Below, piece after piece: positions 9,801 to 19,225 of a stretch of DNA of 64,000 bases. The DNA lies in the IMG/VR virus record IMGVR_UViG_3300045988_130225, positions 35,703 through 99,702 of that record. The stretch is one strand, 5' to 3'. Positions within the stretch are counted from its first letter, which is position 1, and each line of letters starts with the position of its first letter. Source of the DNA: a virus. A model generated the notes under the pieces. It worked only from the letters and a program-made list of their open reading frames with translations. It searched no databases and was not told the origin of the DNA. Position numbers and translations under genes: made by a program.

Positions 9801-11472
9801 TAGATTTCAATTTCTGCTTATCTTCATCTTCGTTGCTTGCGGCATCTTTAGCATTAATATATTCAAGTCTTAAATTATAAAGATTTTTTCTTTCATCTTC
9901 AAAACTACTACCTGCTTGTTCTGCGGCTCTTCTTGCGTTTTCTTGTTGAGTATTATAATAACCATAAGCGGCTACAAGTCCAGTAACAACAAGTGATACT
10001 GCACCTAAACTTGCAGTTAATAAACTACCTGCACCTGCCATAGCCGTAAATCCTTGTGCTAAAGAACCTGTAGCGGCATAAGCATAATCAAATTTAGCAA
10101 TCATGTCTAAAACATTTGTAGATATTTTTGCTATCATTTCTGGTACTTTATGTCCATTAAGAGTAATAAAAGCACCTGTAATAGCAGTAAGTACAGTGGG
10201 CATACCGCCTAAATCATTAATAAGTTTTAATACTTGCGTACCAAATTCTACAAGGCGTTTTACACTATCTGAAGAAATACCCTCAGTCCAAAACTTTTCT
10301 AATTCAGATGTGAACTGAGATACTTTACCTTGAATAGAATCAAGATAACGTGCGTTTTCTTTAAGTGCTGAACCTTGGGAGTCTAAAGCTATTTTATAAG
10401 CTTCTGTAGCCGAATTAAGGTTTAGCATAACCGAGTTAAATACAGAAAATTGGTTCTTACCTGCCAACGCCAAACCCAGTGATTGCTTTTCAGCTTGTGA
10501 CATATCATCCCAACTGGATTTTAAATCTTGAAAAACTTGATATGTACTTTTCATTTCTCCTGTAGATTTATCAAATAAATCTATGGATTTTGTCACACCT
10601 TGTACTTTAAAACTTAATTCACCTGCTTCATTAGCGGCTTTTGCTATATTGTTTCCTATTGTAGTTAATCCCCTTGCAACCTGTGCGCTTCTTCCTGTAA
10701 GTATTTCTGTACCTGAGGTGATTAACGCTATAGATTGCTCAAAATCGTTGCCTAATACGGAAAGACCTGCACCTGCTACAGTAAGACCTTTTGCTAAATC
10801 ATTAGTTCCAACAGCCATGTTATTAGCAACCTCATTAGTGACATCTATGATATGTTGAGCATCTTCCGCTGTCATATTAAATGCTTTCATCTGAGAGTTC
10901 ACAAAACTTGCACTATCTCCTGCTGAAATTGCAGTATCCGCAATATTCTGGAACATAGTTGCTACTTTTCCTAATTGTAAACTTTCTTGGTCTGAATAAC
11001 CCATTTTCTTGAACTGAGTTCCTGCTTCTATAAATTCAGTAGCACTTTTTCCTACTTCAAGACCCATTTCTCTTGCTGTGCTTACAAAACTTTTCATTCC
11101 CTCGTCTGTTAAATCAGACACTTTCTTATATTCAGTAACAGCCGCATCTAATTCCCTAACAGCATCTACACCTTCCATTAACGATTGTCTTAACTCATTA
11201 ATAACAAGTGTTACACCACCAAACTTAGACACCTTAGTAAATATATCACCAATACTTTGAGAAGTTTTTTCTGCACTTGTAGATGTATCATCAAATCCAA
11301 CTTTTAATCCTTTAAGTCCACTTAACGCATCGTTAAGTTTACTTGTATCAACATCAATGCCAACTTTCATAGTTGCATATTTTTGACTTATCTTATCTAA
11401 TTGTGCTTGAATATTTTTTGCGTCCAATACTGCGTTTACAAGTATTTGAAAATCTCTACTATTCAATGCCAT
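6808..11472 (-). CDS. tail tape measure protein
   Basis: 1554 aa; N-terminal TMP-like helical region, hydrophobic segment, long coiled-coil K/E-rich middle; position upstream of the baseplate genes. Confidence 0.85.
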   Translation of the reverse strand: MALNSRDFQILVNAVLDAKNIQAQLDKISQKYATMKVGIDVDTSKLNDALSGLKGLKVGFDDTSTSAEKTSQSIGDIFTKVSKFGGVTLVINELRQSLMEGVDAVRELDAAVTEYKKVSDLTDEGMKSFVSTAREMGLEVGKSATEFIEAGTQFKKMGYSDQESLQLGKVATMFQNIADTAISAGDSASFVNSQMKAFNMTAEDAQHIIDVTNEVANNMAVGTNDLAKGLTVAGAGLSVLGNDFEQSIALITSGTEILTGRSAQVARGLTTIGNNIAKAANEAGELSFKVQGVTKSIDLFDKSTGEMKSTYQVFQDLKSSWDDMSQAEKQSLGLALAGKNQFSVFNSVMLNLNSATEAYKIALDSQGSALKENARYLDSIQGKVSQFTSELEKFWTEGISSDSVKRLVEFGTQVLKLINDLGGMPTVLTAITGAFITLNGHKVPEMIAKISTNVLDMIAKFDYAYAATGSLAQGFTAMAGAGSLLTASLGAVSLVVTGLVAAYGYYNTQQENARRAAEQAGSSFEDERKNLYNLRLEYINAKDAASNEDEDKQKLKSTISKLAKAYGVEEEALSNLNGTRAEGLDLLSKENAEKSQDFLNRNQAEIQKAQKATQDMLNRTSFYIPLKFTSDTESSESFKAFYNKYTKSLGEGVYEAAGGYKELIADLNTTITAMQQEDNQTKLHQQTLAFLSNTLVELEDKYNKTATLTREAADATVDVDKKTQSFINTQYDSLSSFESVYNALLKNNSQIPLFKEALDEVVATQFPDFAKALGIELQDNGDKAKEAADGVNQYGEDAGEAASQTEEFEEAIKSLTSELKGVQDAYDTLHEVADEYNKTGSVTIDTMADLLSLNPEYLNSLQMVNGQLVVNDASLMSMAQSFTESGISAISSSQGLDTFSESEQKVGTNAEIGKQGSDNLGTSIQQVGTASSQANPYLTTIGNTAITTGNQFAQGAQGILQFASSLDAVSGAAPKARTGSSGVGVQSYSEGFDAQVQAYRNQQNQKLLEELRKGLQFKPSTSGGKSGKGGGGSKKSSTSDAEKQAKADAKAYKEAFEKELATLDKQKASMKDNAATDKWYYEQLEELTNKYYKDKEGYEDEYNKYHEKALDGMTKAHDAAYTERYNLLKHQLAMDMISEQEYYDELEELMKEFYSNEEKYAEQRWKIEEEIYSGRNKLEEENTRKAEQEAEKRKKARKEEWEEEKAWYEEQQSNLETAFSYVASLAQKEIDALNERKQAIQDQYDAEIDKINEKNDATNDEIELQEKLDALAKAQQKKVRIYREGQGFVYETDQSAVDEAKTALTQYKKEQDTKKEIKRLEDIRDATINSVEEQIKYWQKYKDEWGNVTDNYTTEQNKLLAEQVLGISLEGENWEKRLGNLQDYVDRYNEIMSTLKTRYKSYDDDDDEEFGDELDPEEHWTDKEPEYSHGSGGDNWYEDDTSHGPGAYANGTTKGYGLSMVGEKGRELRVLGSRSNEGDGIIPNHLTENLMQLGKFSPTQWLNSIVGKMGGQSAPIYNYAFENLTLPNVTNAQSFIDELKNLKNRALQMGGRRD

Positions 11473-11475
11473 TAT

Positions 11476-12060
11476 TTACATGCACCTACCTTTCTTGGCG
11501 TTTATATTTGGCTTCTTACCAAATCCCTTACTTATTTCAGTAGGTTTAATCTGTGACCATGCTATTCCAATAGCATCTCCAATATCATCATCATTTTTCA
11601 CGCTTTTAGGTTTATCTAAATCATAAAACAATTCCAACCCAAAAATATGATTGACTTTTTCTATAGTTTTCCATTTCATTACTGGGCGTTTAGTTCCATC
11701 TCTAGTACCATCATAAACACCCAAATCACTACGCCATTTACTAGGCATAAGAAATTCTATTTTTACATTATGTACTGCACAAACACCTAATACAATTCCT
11801 TGTAACACTGATAATTGTTTTACTGTTTGTACATTATTACCACATTCACCACTTAAAATTGTATCTTCACAATAAATAAAAAATGGGGAATAAGTGTCCA
11901 ATAGCGTGGATAACTCATTCCCCATATATATACAACGTTCTCTCCAAGCTATCTCTTGCTTCTGTTTCCAAACGCCAAATTTAATCAATTTACCATTTTT
12001 AAAAACTGAATATCCAGAACTTTTCGTTGACATATCCAGTCCAATTACAACATTTTCCAT
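11476..12060 (-). CDS. RuvC-like Holliday junction resolvase
   Basis: 194 aa; VIGLDMSTKSSGYSV ... IYCEDT ... DDDIGDAIGIAW acidic catalytic motifs of phage RuvC-type resolvases. Confidence 0.7.
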   Translation of the reverse strand: MENVVIGLDMSTKSSGYSVFKNGKLIKFGVWKQKQEIAWRERCIYMGNELSTLLDTYSPFFIYCEDTILSGECGNNVQTVKQLSVLQGIVLGVCAVHNVKIEFLMPSKWRSDLGVYDGTRDGTKRPVMKWKTIEKVNHIFGLELFYDLDKPKSVKNDDDIGDAIGIAWSQIKPTEISKGFGKKPNINAKKGRCM

Positions 12061-12080
12061 ATAATCCTCTTTTCCAAATT

Positions 12081-12590
12081 TTACCAGAAAGAGGATATAT
12101 TTTTGCCTCTTCCTACACTTCTACACTGTATTCCTTGTTTTTGCATACCCTCAATGAACCATTTCTTTAATTCGCCTTTGTTCAACTGTTCAATTAGTGG
12201 TGTCCAAGCATCTCTTGGTTTGCACCACCAACCGTATCCAAACAAATCACCACCAAGACCTTGATATATAATTCCAGTTAATTCATCTCTTACATCACCA
12301 TAAGTAGTATATAAACTACCATGCTGAAACATTTCTGGATTATAAGACATAAAAGTAGGGTCTTGAGATAAAATCCCAGACCCACCTTTGCTTGTTTTTT
12401 GTGAATTTGTTTGCCAACTTTCCAGAAACTCATATGTTCTTTCATACTCTTCTGGCATATGTGTATATACAATCTGATTGATTAATTCTTTGTATTTTAT
12501 AATCATTTGTTGCATTACATATTCAACAGCTTTAAAAACTGGTTCATTGTACAAGGAATAAAACTCAGCTACATTTTTAGCATAAGCCAT
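12081..12590 (-). CDS. hypothetical protein
   Basis: 169 aa ORF, no recognised motif. Confidence 0.5.
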   Translation of the reverse strand: MAYAKNVAEFYSLYNEPVFKAVEYVMQQMIIKYKELINQIVYTHMPEEYERTYEFLESWQTNSQKTSKGGSGILSQDPTFMSYNPEMFQHGSLYTTYGDVRDELTGIIYQGLGGDLFGYGWWCKPRDAWTPLIEQLNKGELKKWFIEGMQKQGIQCRSVGRGKNISSFW

Positions 12591-12599
12591 TTTACTTTA

Positions 12600-13049
12600 T
12601 CACTTCTTTCCAAACGCTTCAACCAACTTTTTACTGTCTGCTAACATATCCTCAATCTGCTTATTATTAGGCATTTTCTTAGCATATTTATCTAAAGTCT
12701 TATTCAACTGTTCTAAAAATTTATTTACATTAGTTCTGATTGATAATTCATCTTCTACATAATCGTCAATTTCACTAACGTTAAACACATCAAAATTCAC
12801 AGTTTCAATAATTCCAGATTTAACAAGCATATCATAATCTTTAGCAATTTCCTCTGGAATATCAGTCATTAACTTAACAAGCATTGTATTTTTAATAACA
12901 TTTCTCTCAACAGCATTTGAACACTTTAACATATTATTTCCAATAAGTTCAACCTGTTCTGGTGTTAAATAGTGTTTTACTGTATATTTTTCACCTTTTT
13001 TGTCCTCGGTATAAGGAATTGTTATCACTTTTTCTTCTAAATTAATCAT
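12600..13049 (-). CDS. hypothetical protein (tail-assembly-chaperone position)
   Basis: ORF 12600..13112; ATG at 13049 preceded by an AAAGGAATGGAA RBS. Confidence 0.4.
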   Translation of the reverse strand: MINLEEKVITIPYTEDKKGEKYTVKHYLTPEQVELIGNNMLKCSNAVERNVIKNTMLVKLMTDIPEEIAKDYDMLVKSGIIETVNFDVFNVSEIDDYVEDELSIRTNVNKFLEQLNKTLDKYAKKMPNNKQIEDMLADSKKLVEAFGKK

Positions 13050-13176
13050 TTTATTCCATTCCTTTCGTTTTATTCCATAATCTATGTACAAGGGTGTAAC
13101 GAAACGTGACACCCTTTCAAAAAGTTTACCCTACCAATTTATCATACAATCCATTCAAGCCAATGTCGCCCTATTT

Positions 13177-13446
13177 TTACTTATCAGTAACCACTTTCTT
13201 TGCAACTTGGTCTACCCATGTAGAAGCCATTCCAGACACAATACCAATAGCAACAGCCGTCATAATATCGTCAGCAGGAAAATCAACCATATATCTATAA
13301 CCTAAAACACCTGCAATTCCACCAATCAATCCAACAATCGGCAAAATTTTATTATTATCTAACTTAGTATAATTTTTAACAAACTGTCCTGCAAGATAAG
13401 CAATAACTACAATTACAGGTACACTTACAATTCCGAAATCTGGCAT
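13177..13446 (-). CDS. holin
   Basis: 89 aa with 2-3 hydrophobic helices and a charged C-terminus (..QVAKKVVTDK); adjacent to an XhlA-like gene. Confidence 0.6.
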   Translation of the reverse strand: MPDFGIVSVPVIVVIAYLAGQFVKNYTKLDNNKILPIVGLIGGIAGVLGYRYMVDFPADDIMTAVAIGIVSGMASTWVDQVAKKVVTDK

Positions 13447-13461
13447 AATATCAAGTCCTTT

Positions 13462-13842
13462 CTATTTGAATCCGTATTTAGTTGCTAATATATATCCTAC
13501 AAAAGATATTGCAATAATTATTGTGGGAAAATTTTTCTTTATGTATTCCATAATATTAAAATTGGATTCTTCTTTAATTTTATTAAAATCCGTTTTAATA
13601 TCGTTTACTTGAAGTTTAACGTCTGAAACGTCACTTTGTAAAGAAATCATTGTAATTTTAATATCTTGAATAGTTTCATTTAAAGCAGTATTAGTTTTTA
13701 CAACTTGTTCTGATAATTGCTGAATAAATTTATGACTTTCTTGAAGTCTGGTAATATCTTGTGTATGTTCATCTACTTTTAACTTAACTTCTCTTAAATC
13801 CTCTTTAATTTCATGTGCTGTCATATCTTCCACAAATCTCAC
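13462..13842 (-). CDS. XhlA-like lysis-associated membrane protein
   Basis: 126 aa; N-terminal coiled coil plus a single C-terminal TM helix (FPTIIIAISFVGYILA), directly upstream of the holin. Confidence 0.45.
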   Translation of the reverse strand: MRFVEDMTAHEIKEDLREVKLKVDEHTQDITRLQESHKFIQQLSEQVVKTNTALNETIQDIKITMISLQSDVSDVKLQVNDIKTDFNKIKEESNFNIMEYIKKNFPTIIIAISFVGYILATKYGFK

Positions 13843-13900
13843 CTACTTTACCATAAAATACCCTTCTTTCTTTTTTATCCGTCCATTCATTTCATTCCAA

Positions 13901-14275
13901 TTAATCACCACAAAGGTTAGCAAATACAATACCAGTAATTGCTCTCAAATCAGCCTTATTCAAAGTTCCAATATAGTTCTTAAACCTTGACTTATCCACA
14001 GCACGAATTTGTTCAGCACAAGCAACGCTATCATCTACAAGAAATTTATTTTTTTCTTTAGATAATGTATAGTGTGTAAGCAAATCTTCTCTTTTAACTT
14101 TAGAAGTTAAAGGTACTATGATTATGGTAGGGCTATAAAAATTTCCAGTATCATTCTGTAAAATTAATACTGGTCTTACTCCGCCTTGTTCTGAACCTTG
14201 GGTATTCCTTAAATCAGCATAATAAACTTCCCCTCTTTTGAATGTTCTTGCGTTATTGTTTATTGTTGTAAACAT
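13901..14275 (-). CDS. mazF: MazF/PemK-family endoribonuclease toxin
   Basis: 124 aa; RGEVYYADL..GSEQGGVRPVLILQND.GN..SPTIIIVPLTSK...EQIRAVDKSR matches the PemK/MazF core. Confidence 0.8.
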   Translation of the reverse strand: MFTTINNNARTFKRGEVYYADLRNTQGSEQGGVRPVLILQNDTGNFYSPTIIIVPLTSKVKREDLLTHYTLSKEKNKFLVDDSVACAEQIRAVDKSRFKNYIGTLNKADLRAITGIVFANLCGD

Positions 14276-14323
14276 ATTCAGTTCTCCTTATGTACTATAT
14301 TTTTATATAACTTTCATATAATA

Positions 14324-14352
14324 TATATAGCACTTTTTATTTACAAAGTCAA
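14324..14352 (-). promoter_or_regulatory. sigma70-type promoter for mazF
   Basis: TTGACT (reverse complement of 14347-14352), 17 nt spacer, TATATA (14324-14329); AGGAGA RBS before the ATG. Confidence 0.5.
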
Positions 14353-14357
14353 TACTT

Positions 14358-14705
14358 TTATTTACCATAACCCTTATTTTTATTAATACCATACCCATTT
14401 TTTGTCTTATATAAAGTAACATATTTAGGTACAAAATTAAAAGGATTTTTCAATGTAATCACCATATTGTTCTCAACTTCAATATACAATTCGCCTTTCT
14501 TTTCAAAACGAACCCTTGAAGCCTTTTCTGGAACAATATATTCACTTTTTAACCTACAAGTATCTTGACTTGGTAATGGTTTCCAACAATCTGATATATT
14601 GCACCAACGAACAAAAGGACAAATATTACCATTTTGTCTTTTACATAAAACCCTATTTCTATTATCTATTTTGCCAATATATGAATCTGGACACAAAATA
14701 ATCAC
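14358..14705 (-). CDS. Cys-rich hypothetical protein
   Basis: 115 aa; 7 Cys in the first 50 residues; start codon uncertain (GTG/TTG). Confidence 0.45.
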   Translation of the reverse strand: MIILCPDSYIGKIDNRNRVLCKRQNGNICPFVRWCNISDCWKPLPSQDTCRLKSEYIVPEKASRVRFEKKGELYIEVENNMVITLKNPFNFVPKYVTLYKTKNGYGINKNKGYGK

Positions 14706-14716
14706 TTCCTTTACAG

Positions 14717-14763
14717 CAAAATTTAAAATATGTAAAATGCGTAGAGCATATCACCCTACGCAT
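14717..14763 (-). terminator. intrinsic terminator after the major tail gene
   Basis: Stem ATGCGTAG/CTACGCAT (14737-14763), followed on the minus strand by a U-rich run. Confidence 0.55.
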
Positions 14764-14787
14764 ATAGATACAAGCCAGTAACAGAGA

Positions 14788-15834
14788 TTAACCGACAGTT
14801 ACGTTAGCATAGCCTTCAACTGCTTGATTCTTAGTAAGAACAGCGTGGATAGTGGTTGTACCAGTTGCTACGCCCTCTACCTCACCAGTTGCGTCATCTA
14901 CTTTAGCTGTACCAACAGCACCACTTGTAAAAGTAACAGCAGTTGGGTCTACTAACTTAGGCAGAGCATTTCTGATAAGAGCATAAACCTTAATGGTTTC
15001 TTTCTCAGCTACTTGTAAATCAATATCAGCCGGAGTTAAAGCTAATGCGTAAGCATCATTTTCCCACTGAGCAGTGGACAGAATTTCCTTAATAGTACCA
15101 TAAATAGCTTCGTCACTACAACTAGAGGTTTCAGCAGAAGCCAGAGCAGAACCATTAAGAGGTGTGTTAGCCGCACCAGTCATACTCATAGAAATCTCCT
15201 GTGAACCGTTTAACATTAAACGTGGAATATCAATCTGAACCTCACCGACCTTAGTAGTAGAAGCTTCATTTGGATTAGTGCTACTACCTGCAAACAAAGT
15301 ACCAGTCATTACAGCATGTACAGTAGCAGGAATAAAGTTAGCACCTACTGTAAGCACTCTCATGGAATCATTGTTTACTATATACTTAACGCAATAAACA
15401 TCACCAGACATAGCACCTGCGACAGTGATAATCTTGTTGTTGAAAGTACCCTTAGTCCATGTAGAATCATTAGGTTTCTTATACCAACCAATAGTACCAA
15501 AATTACCAAATGCTACAGGAATACCTGCTACAGTAATCTGTCCTGCATCTGTTACAGTAACTTCCTCAACAGTTAAAGCACTGCCACCAATCGCAATATC
15601 AGAACCAATGTTCTTTGCGATAAATTCAAGACGGAACATTACATCAGTAAGAGTTACGTCCATTGTGGAAGAATGTGCGTATTTACCATACAGTTTTGCA
15701 CCTTGTCCACCACGAATATCTTCAAGAGATACATCAAAACTAAAAGTAGAATCTGTTAAAGTTTTTGCAGTAGCAAACAGTTCATCACCTACAAAAAGGT
15801 CAACATTTGCTACACCGGCTAAAAAAGCATCCAT
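14788..15834 (-). CDS. major tail protein with C-terminal Ig-like (Big_2-type) domain
   Basis: 348 aa; raised GC and strong codon bias; C-terminal ..TFTSGAVGTAKVDDATGEVEGVATGTTTIHAV.. Ig-like motif; own terminator. Confidence 0.55.
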   Translation of the reverse strand: MDAFLAGVANVDLFVGDELFATAKTLTDSTFSFDVSLEDIRGGQGAKLYGKYAHSSTMDVTLTDVMFRLEFIAKNIGSDIAIGGSALTVEEVTVTDAGQITVAGIPVAFGNFGTIGWYKKPNDSTWTKGTFNNKIITVAGAMSGDVYCVKYIVNNDSMRVLTVGANFIPATVHAVMTGTLFAGSSTNPNEASTTKVGEVQIDIPRLMLNGSQEISMSMTGAANTPLNGSALASAETSSCSDEAIYGTIKEILSTAQWENDAYALALTPADIDLQVAEKETIKVYALIRNALPKLVDPTAVTFTSGAVGTAKVDDATGEVEGVATGTTTIHAVLTKNQAVEGYANVTVG

Positions 15835-15854
15835 TATATTACTCCTTTCATATT

Positions 15855-16655
15855 TCAGACATTTTTAAATCCTTGTCCAATATTCTTTTTATTTATAAAA
15901 GCATCTGCATATTTACCTTTCTTGTTTTTATACGCAAAATGCTCTATAGGTTTTTTAAACTTTCCACCATTTGCTTCAAAATTCTTGTTTACAATATAAT
16001 CAATTTGTTCAACAACAGCATTAAACAAAGACGTAAAGCTATAAAAAGTCATTTCAAGCAAATCTTTTTTTAACATGCCATTATGTGCTGAAATGATAGA
16101 TATTTTTCTTTCTAATGTTATAGGTTCTTTATTCTTATTCACCAAGCTATAATATTCATCAATAGCTTTCTTATAATCTGGGTCTAAATCTCTTTCATCT
16201 TCATAATCATAAATATTTTGATATTGTATTATCTGTATAATATCCTCAAAATCTTTATAATCTATGATAACTCCATTTATTTCAAGAATAAATTTACCCT
16301 TATCATCAACTTTGATTGTAAGTTGTTCTTCAATTTTATCAAGTCCAAAACACAGTTCTATAATTCTAACAAATTGCCAATATCTTATAGAGTGTTTTTC
16401 AACTTTTCCAAATAATTCTTCGCCTAAAACCATTTGCAAAAGAAATTGTAAATAAGAACTTTGAATAACTTGTATATCATTAATCGCATTTTTATCTATT
16501 GTTAATACATTGTAACAATTTATAAAATCATTAGCATTTTTTACCGTAACTGGATATAACATTATAACTTGTTTATGTCTTGTAATATAAGGAATAGGTT
16601 CATCCATTTCAATATAACTTTCATAAGGTGCTATATCAAATTTCACTGAACACAC
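15855..16655 (-). CDS. hypothetical virion/assembly protein
   Basis: 266 aa ORF in the head-tail joining block. Confidence 0.4.
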   Translation of the reverse strand: MCSVKFDIAPYESYIEMDEPIPYITRHKQVIMLYPVTVKNANDFINCYNVLTIDKNAINDIQVIQSSYLQFLLQMVLGEELFGKVEKHSIRYWQFVRIIELCFGLDKIEEQLTIKVDDKGKFILEINGVIIDYKDFEDIIQIIQYQNIYDYEDERDLDPDYKKAIDEYYSLVNKNKEPITLERKISIISAHNGMLKKDLLEMTFYSFTSLFNAVVEQIDYIVNKNFEANGGKFKKPIEHFAYKNKKGKYADAFINKKNIGQGFKNV

Positions 16656-17209
16656 CCACTTCCTACATCACCAATCTGAACAGCCATAAATATACTTGCA
16701 CCATTGTAGTTTCTTGTATTATTCAAAGCCGCCCTAGACCTACAATATTGTGATAGTTCTGCGTTAAACTGAAATTGTCCAACACCGTCCATAGCATAAG
16801 AACCATTAAGTGTTTTCATAATCTCAGTTTCCATAACATCAGCCCTATTACAAGGAATACCATTATAGTCCACAATAGCAATTTTATCACCAAATAAAAC
16901 ATCAAATTCATATACAACAGTACATAAATAAGGATTTATTGGATAACTGTCATACTTAAAACATTTCAATATGGTTGTTGCATCATATTGCATATTTTCA
17001 ACCAAAGGATTTAAAAATATCCTATATTTTTGTTGTTGGTCTTTATTTTTATAAATCATTCCCATTTTTTCTTCAAACGTAAGATTAGGTTTGCTTAAAC
17101 AATCATAAGTACCATACTTAAGAAGTTTAAATATATTTTCATTATTTTGAGCCAATGTCATTATAATTTTATAAGGAACATATGGCAAATTTGCAAAATT
17201 ATTAAACAT
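16643..17209 (-). CDS. hypothetical virion/assembly protein
   Basis: 188 aa ORF overlapping the downstream gene by 13 nt (coupled). Confidence 0.4.
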   Translation of the reverse strand: MFNNFANLPYVPYKIIMTLAQNNENIFKLLKYGTYDCLSKPNLTFEEKMGMIYKNKDQQQKYRIFLNPLVENMQYDATTILKCFKYDSYPINPYLCTVVYEFDVLFGDKIAIVDYNGIPCNRADVMETEIMKTLNGSYAMDGVGQFQFNAELSQYCRSRAALNNTRNYNGASIFMAVQIGDVGSGCVQ

Positions 17210-17225
17210 TTACACATACTCCTTT

Positions 17226-18503
17226 CTAAAACGCAGACACTAGCTTGACTTCTTTTTGTAATGTTAAATCTTCAGCTTCTATTGTTAAAACCAATACATC
17301 AGACGTAGGTTTTATACAAGTTAAAGCATATGTATTATCTGATTTAGACAAAGTATAATATCCTTGTTTAACACCAGCTGCAGTTACAGTAATATCAACA
17401 TTTTGTTTAATGCCATTAATCATCAACATTGGTTCAAAAATTTGAACATTACCTTGACGTACTTGTGTGAAAACAGGTGTTATAACAATCTCTTTTTTCT
17501 CAGCTACAGTTTCTACCACAGTACATATTGCTTCGTCTTGTACTGTCTTGTACTGACTGGTAGCCACATGAAATTCAATTTTAGACCCCAACTCAACATC
17601 AGCTGAAATCTGATAATTACCGTTTTCATCTATTGTCGCACTTTCAGACGGTACAGCCCACCATTGCAAAGGAATAGACAACTGCTCGTTGTCCCTCATT
17701 ACAATAGCTTGTAACCTACCGCTACCACCTTGTACCACTTCAAATTCACCATCTTGTATCATAATCGAAAAAGTATGTTCGTAACGATTAGCCACATTAT
17801 TTTCAATATCATCAGACGGTTGAATTTCATCAAGATATAAGTCTATATAAAGAATAGTAGTATCTTGGTCTATATAACTATTCTGCATATAATTATTATA
17901 CCCAGTAATCTTAAAAGGTCTACCGTTAAATATAAACCTTTTATTTTGTTTCCATTTAATTGTTTCCTTGTTTCCTTGCACTATCATTACAACATGATTA
18001 TCTGGGGTAACAATATCTTCCATGTACTTAGGTGAAGGTGATGTAGGTGTATAGTCCAAAATACAAGGTATTGATATAATATCACCAGTATTTTCATCTA
18101 CATATTTTGCAAGATTATTACAACGTCTGACAACAACAGCCTCGGAAACACTGTTATAGTTGTCTGTAAATGTTGTAATCCAGAAATTATCGTCAAATTG
18201 ATATAATAATCCTCTAGTATTTCTATCAGAAGAACCATTTTCTTGAATAATATCCTTGAAAATTAACTTTCTGAAATCATCACCATTTTTACGTCCGGTG
18301 CTTGTTTCCTCTATGACATGGTTTATATAAACAGCTATAGGATTAAACTCAAAAGAACCTATTTCAGTTTCTTCACTCACATCATATTGCACAGTGGTAT
18401 TATCCCATTGAGAATCAACTGATGCTTGCATATCGTTTCTATACTTACTGTTAGGGGTCATAGCCAGACCCTCTAGGTAAGCACCATAATAAGTTAATGC
18501 CAT
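17226..18503 (-). CDS. structural protein with C-terminal Ig-like repeats
   Basis: 425 aa ORF; the C-terminal third looks beta-sandwich-like. Confidence 0.45.
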   Translation of the reverse strand: MALTYYGAYLEGLAMTPNSKYRNDMQASVDSQWDNTTVQYDVSEETEIGSFEFNPIAVYINHVIEETSTGRKNGDDFRKLIFKDIIQENGSSDRNTRGLLYQFDDNFWITTFTDNYNSVSEAVVVRRCNNLAKYVDENTGDIISIPCILDYTPTSPSPKYMEDIVTPDNHVVMIVQGNKETIKWKQNKRFIFNGRPFKITGYNNYMQNSYIDQDTTILYIDLYLDEIQPSDDIENNVANRYEHTFSIMIQDGEFEVVQGGSGRLQAIVMRDNEQLSIPLQWWAVPSESATIDENGNYQISADVELGSKIEFHVATSQYKTVQDEAICTVVETVAEKKEIVITPVFTQVRQGNVQIFEPMLMINGIKQNVDITVTAAGVKQGYYTLSKSDNTYALTCIKPTSDVLVLTIEAEDLTLQKEVKLVSAF

Positions 18504-18518
18504 GGCTATGTCCTCCTT

Positions 18519-18755
18519 TTATTTTACTAAATCTATTGCTTGAAAAATAGAAGCCTTTACCATATAATGTGTAGCTTCTGTTCCTAATTTGTTTAAACCT
18601 CTTATGATAATAATAACTTGTTCGTTTATCTCGTTTTTCTTTACACCGTTTAACCAAACTAATAAGGTTTCTAAATATTTATAATAATCTTCTCTTGAAG
18701 TTTCATAAATACATAAAGCCTTATACAATTTCCCAATAATCAAATTCTTATTCAT
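18519..18755 (-). CDS. hypothetical protein
   Basis: 78 aa ORF, abuts the upstream gene. Confidence 0.4.
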   Translation of the reverse strand: MNKNLIIGKLYKALCIYETSREDYYKYLETLLVWLNGVKKNEINEQVIIIIRGLNKLGTEATHYMVKASIFQAIDLVK

Positions 18756-19201
18756 TAAAACACCAACTGCAAATCTTTTATTTTGTCTATATTATCATTC
18801 TGATAATCCAAACTATCTTGCTTTATCTTTTCTCTCATTCTATCCAGATATTCAGATTTAGCGTCCAGATTATTTGCTTCTGCATAATGTTTAAAGTCTG
18901 TATTAGTAAGGTGTAAATTAAATTGAGTAACATCATTAACATTGGTTTCAAACCAAGTGTATACAAACCAATCTGCTAAAATACTTTGTTCTTTCAAAGT
19001 TAATTCATTAGCAAATTCTCTAGTTTCCACATCATAATCAAGAGGTTGTAAACATTCAACAAATTTAGGTATAGATTTAATTAACATTCCATCAGTATAT
19101 TTTTGAAAATCATCAGCACTTTTTTCATAAAGTTTATCCAATTTGTAGTCACGAATAATAATTAATGCTAAGTCTTTTATAGAATCAAAGGAAGTAGCCA
19201 T
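18755..19201 (-). CDS. head-tail connector-like protein
   Basis: 148 aa ORF; assigned by position only. Confidence 0.4.
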   Translation of the reverse strand: MATSFDSIKDLALIIIRDYKLDKLYEKSADDFQKYTDGMLIKSIPKFVECLQPLDYDVETREFANELTLKEQSILADWFVYTWFETNVNDVTQFNLHLTNTDFKHYAEANNLDAKSEYLDRMREKIKQDSLDYQNDNIDKIKDLQLVF

Positions 19202-19225
19202 AGTCTTTCACCTCCTTTTCATTAA

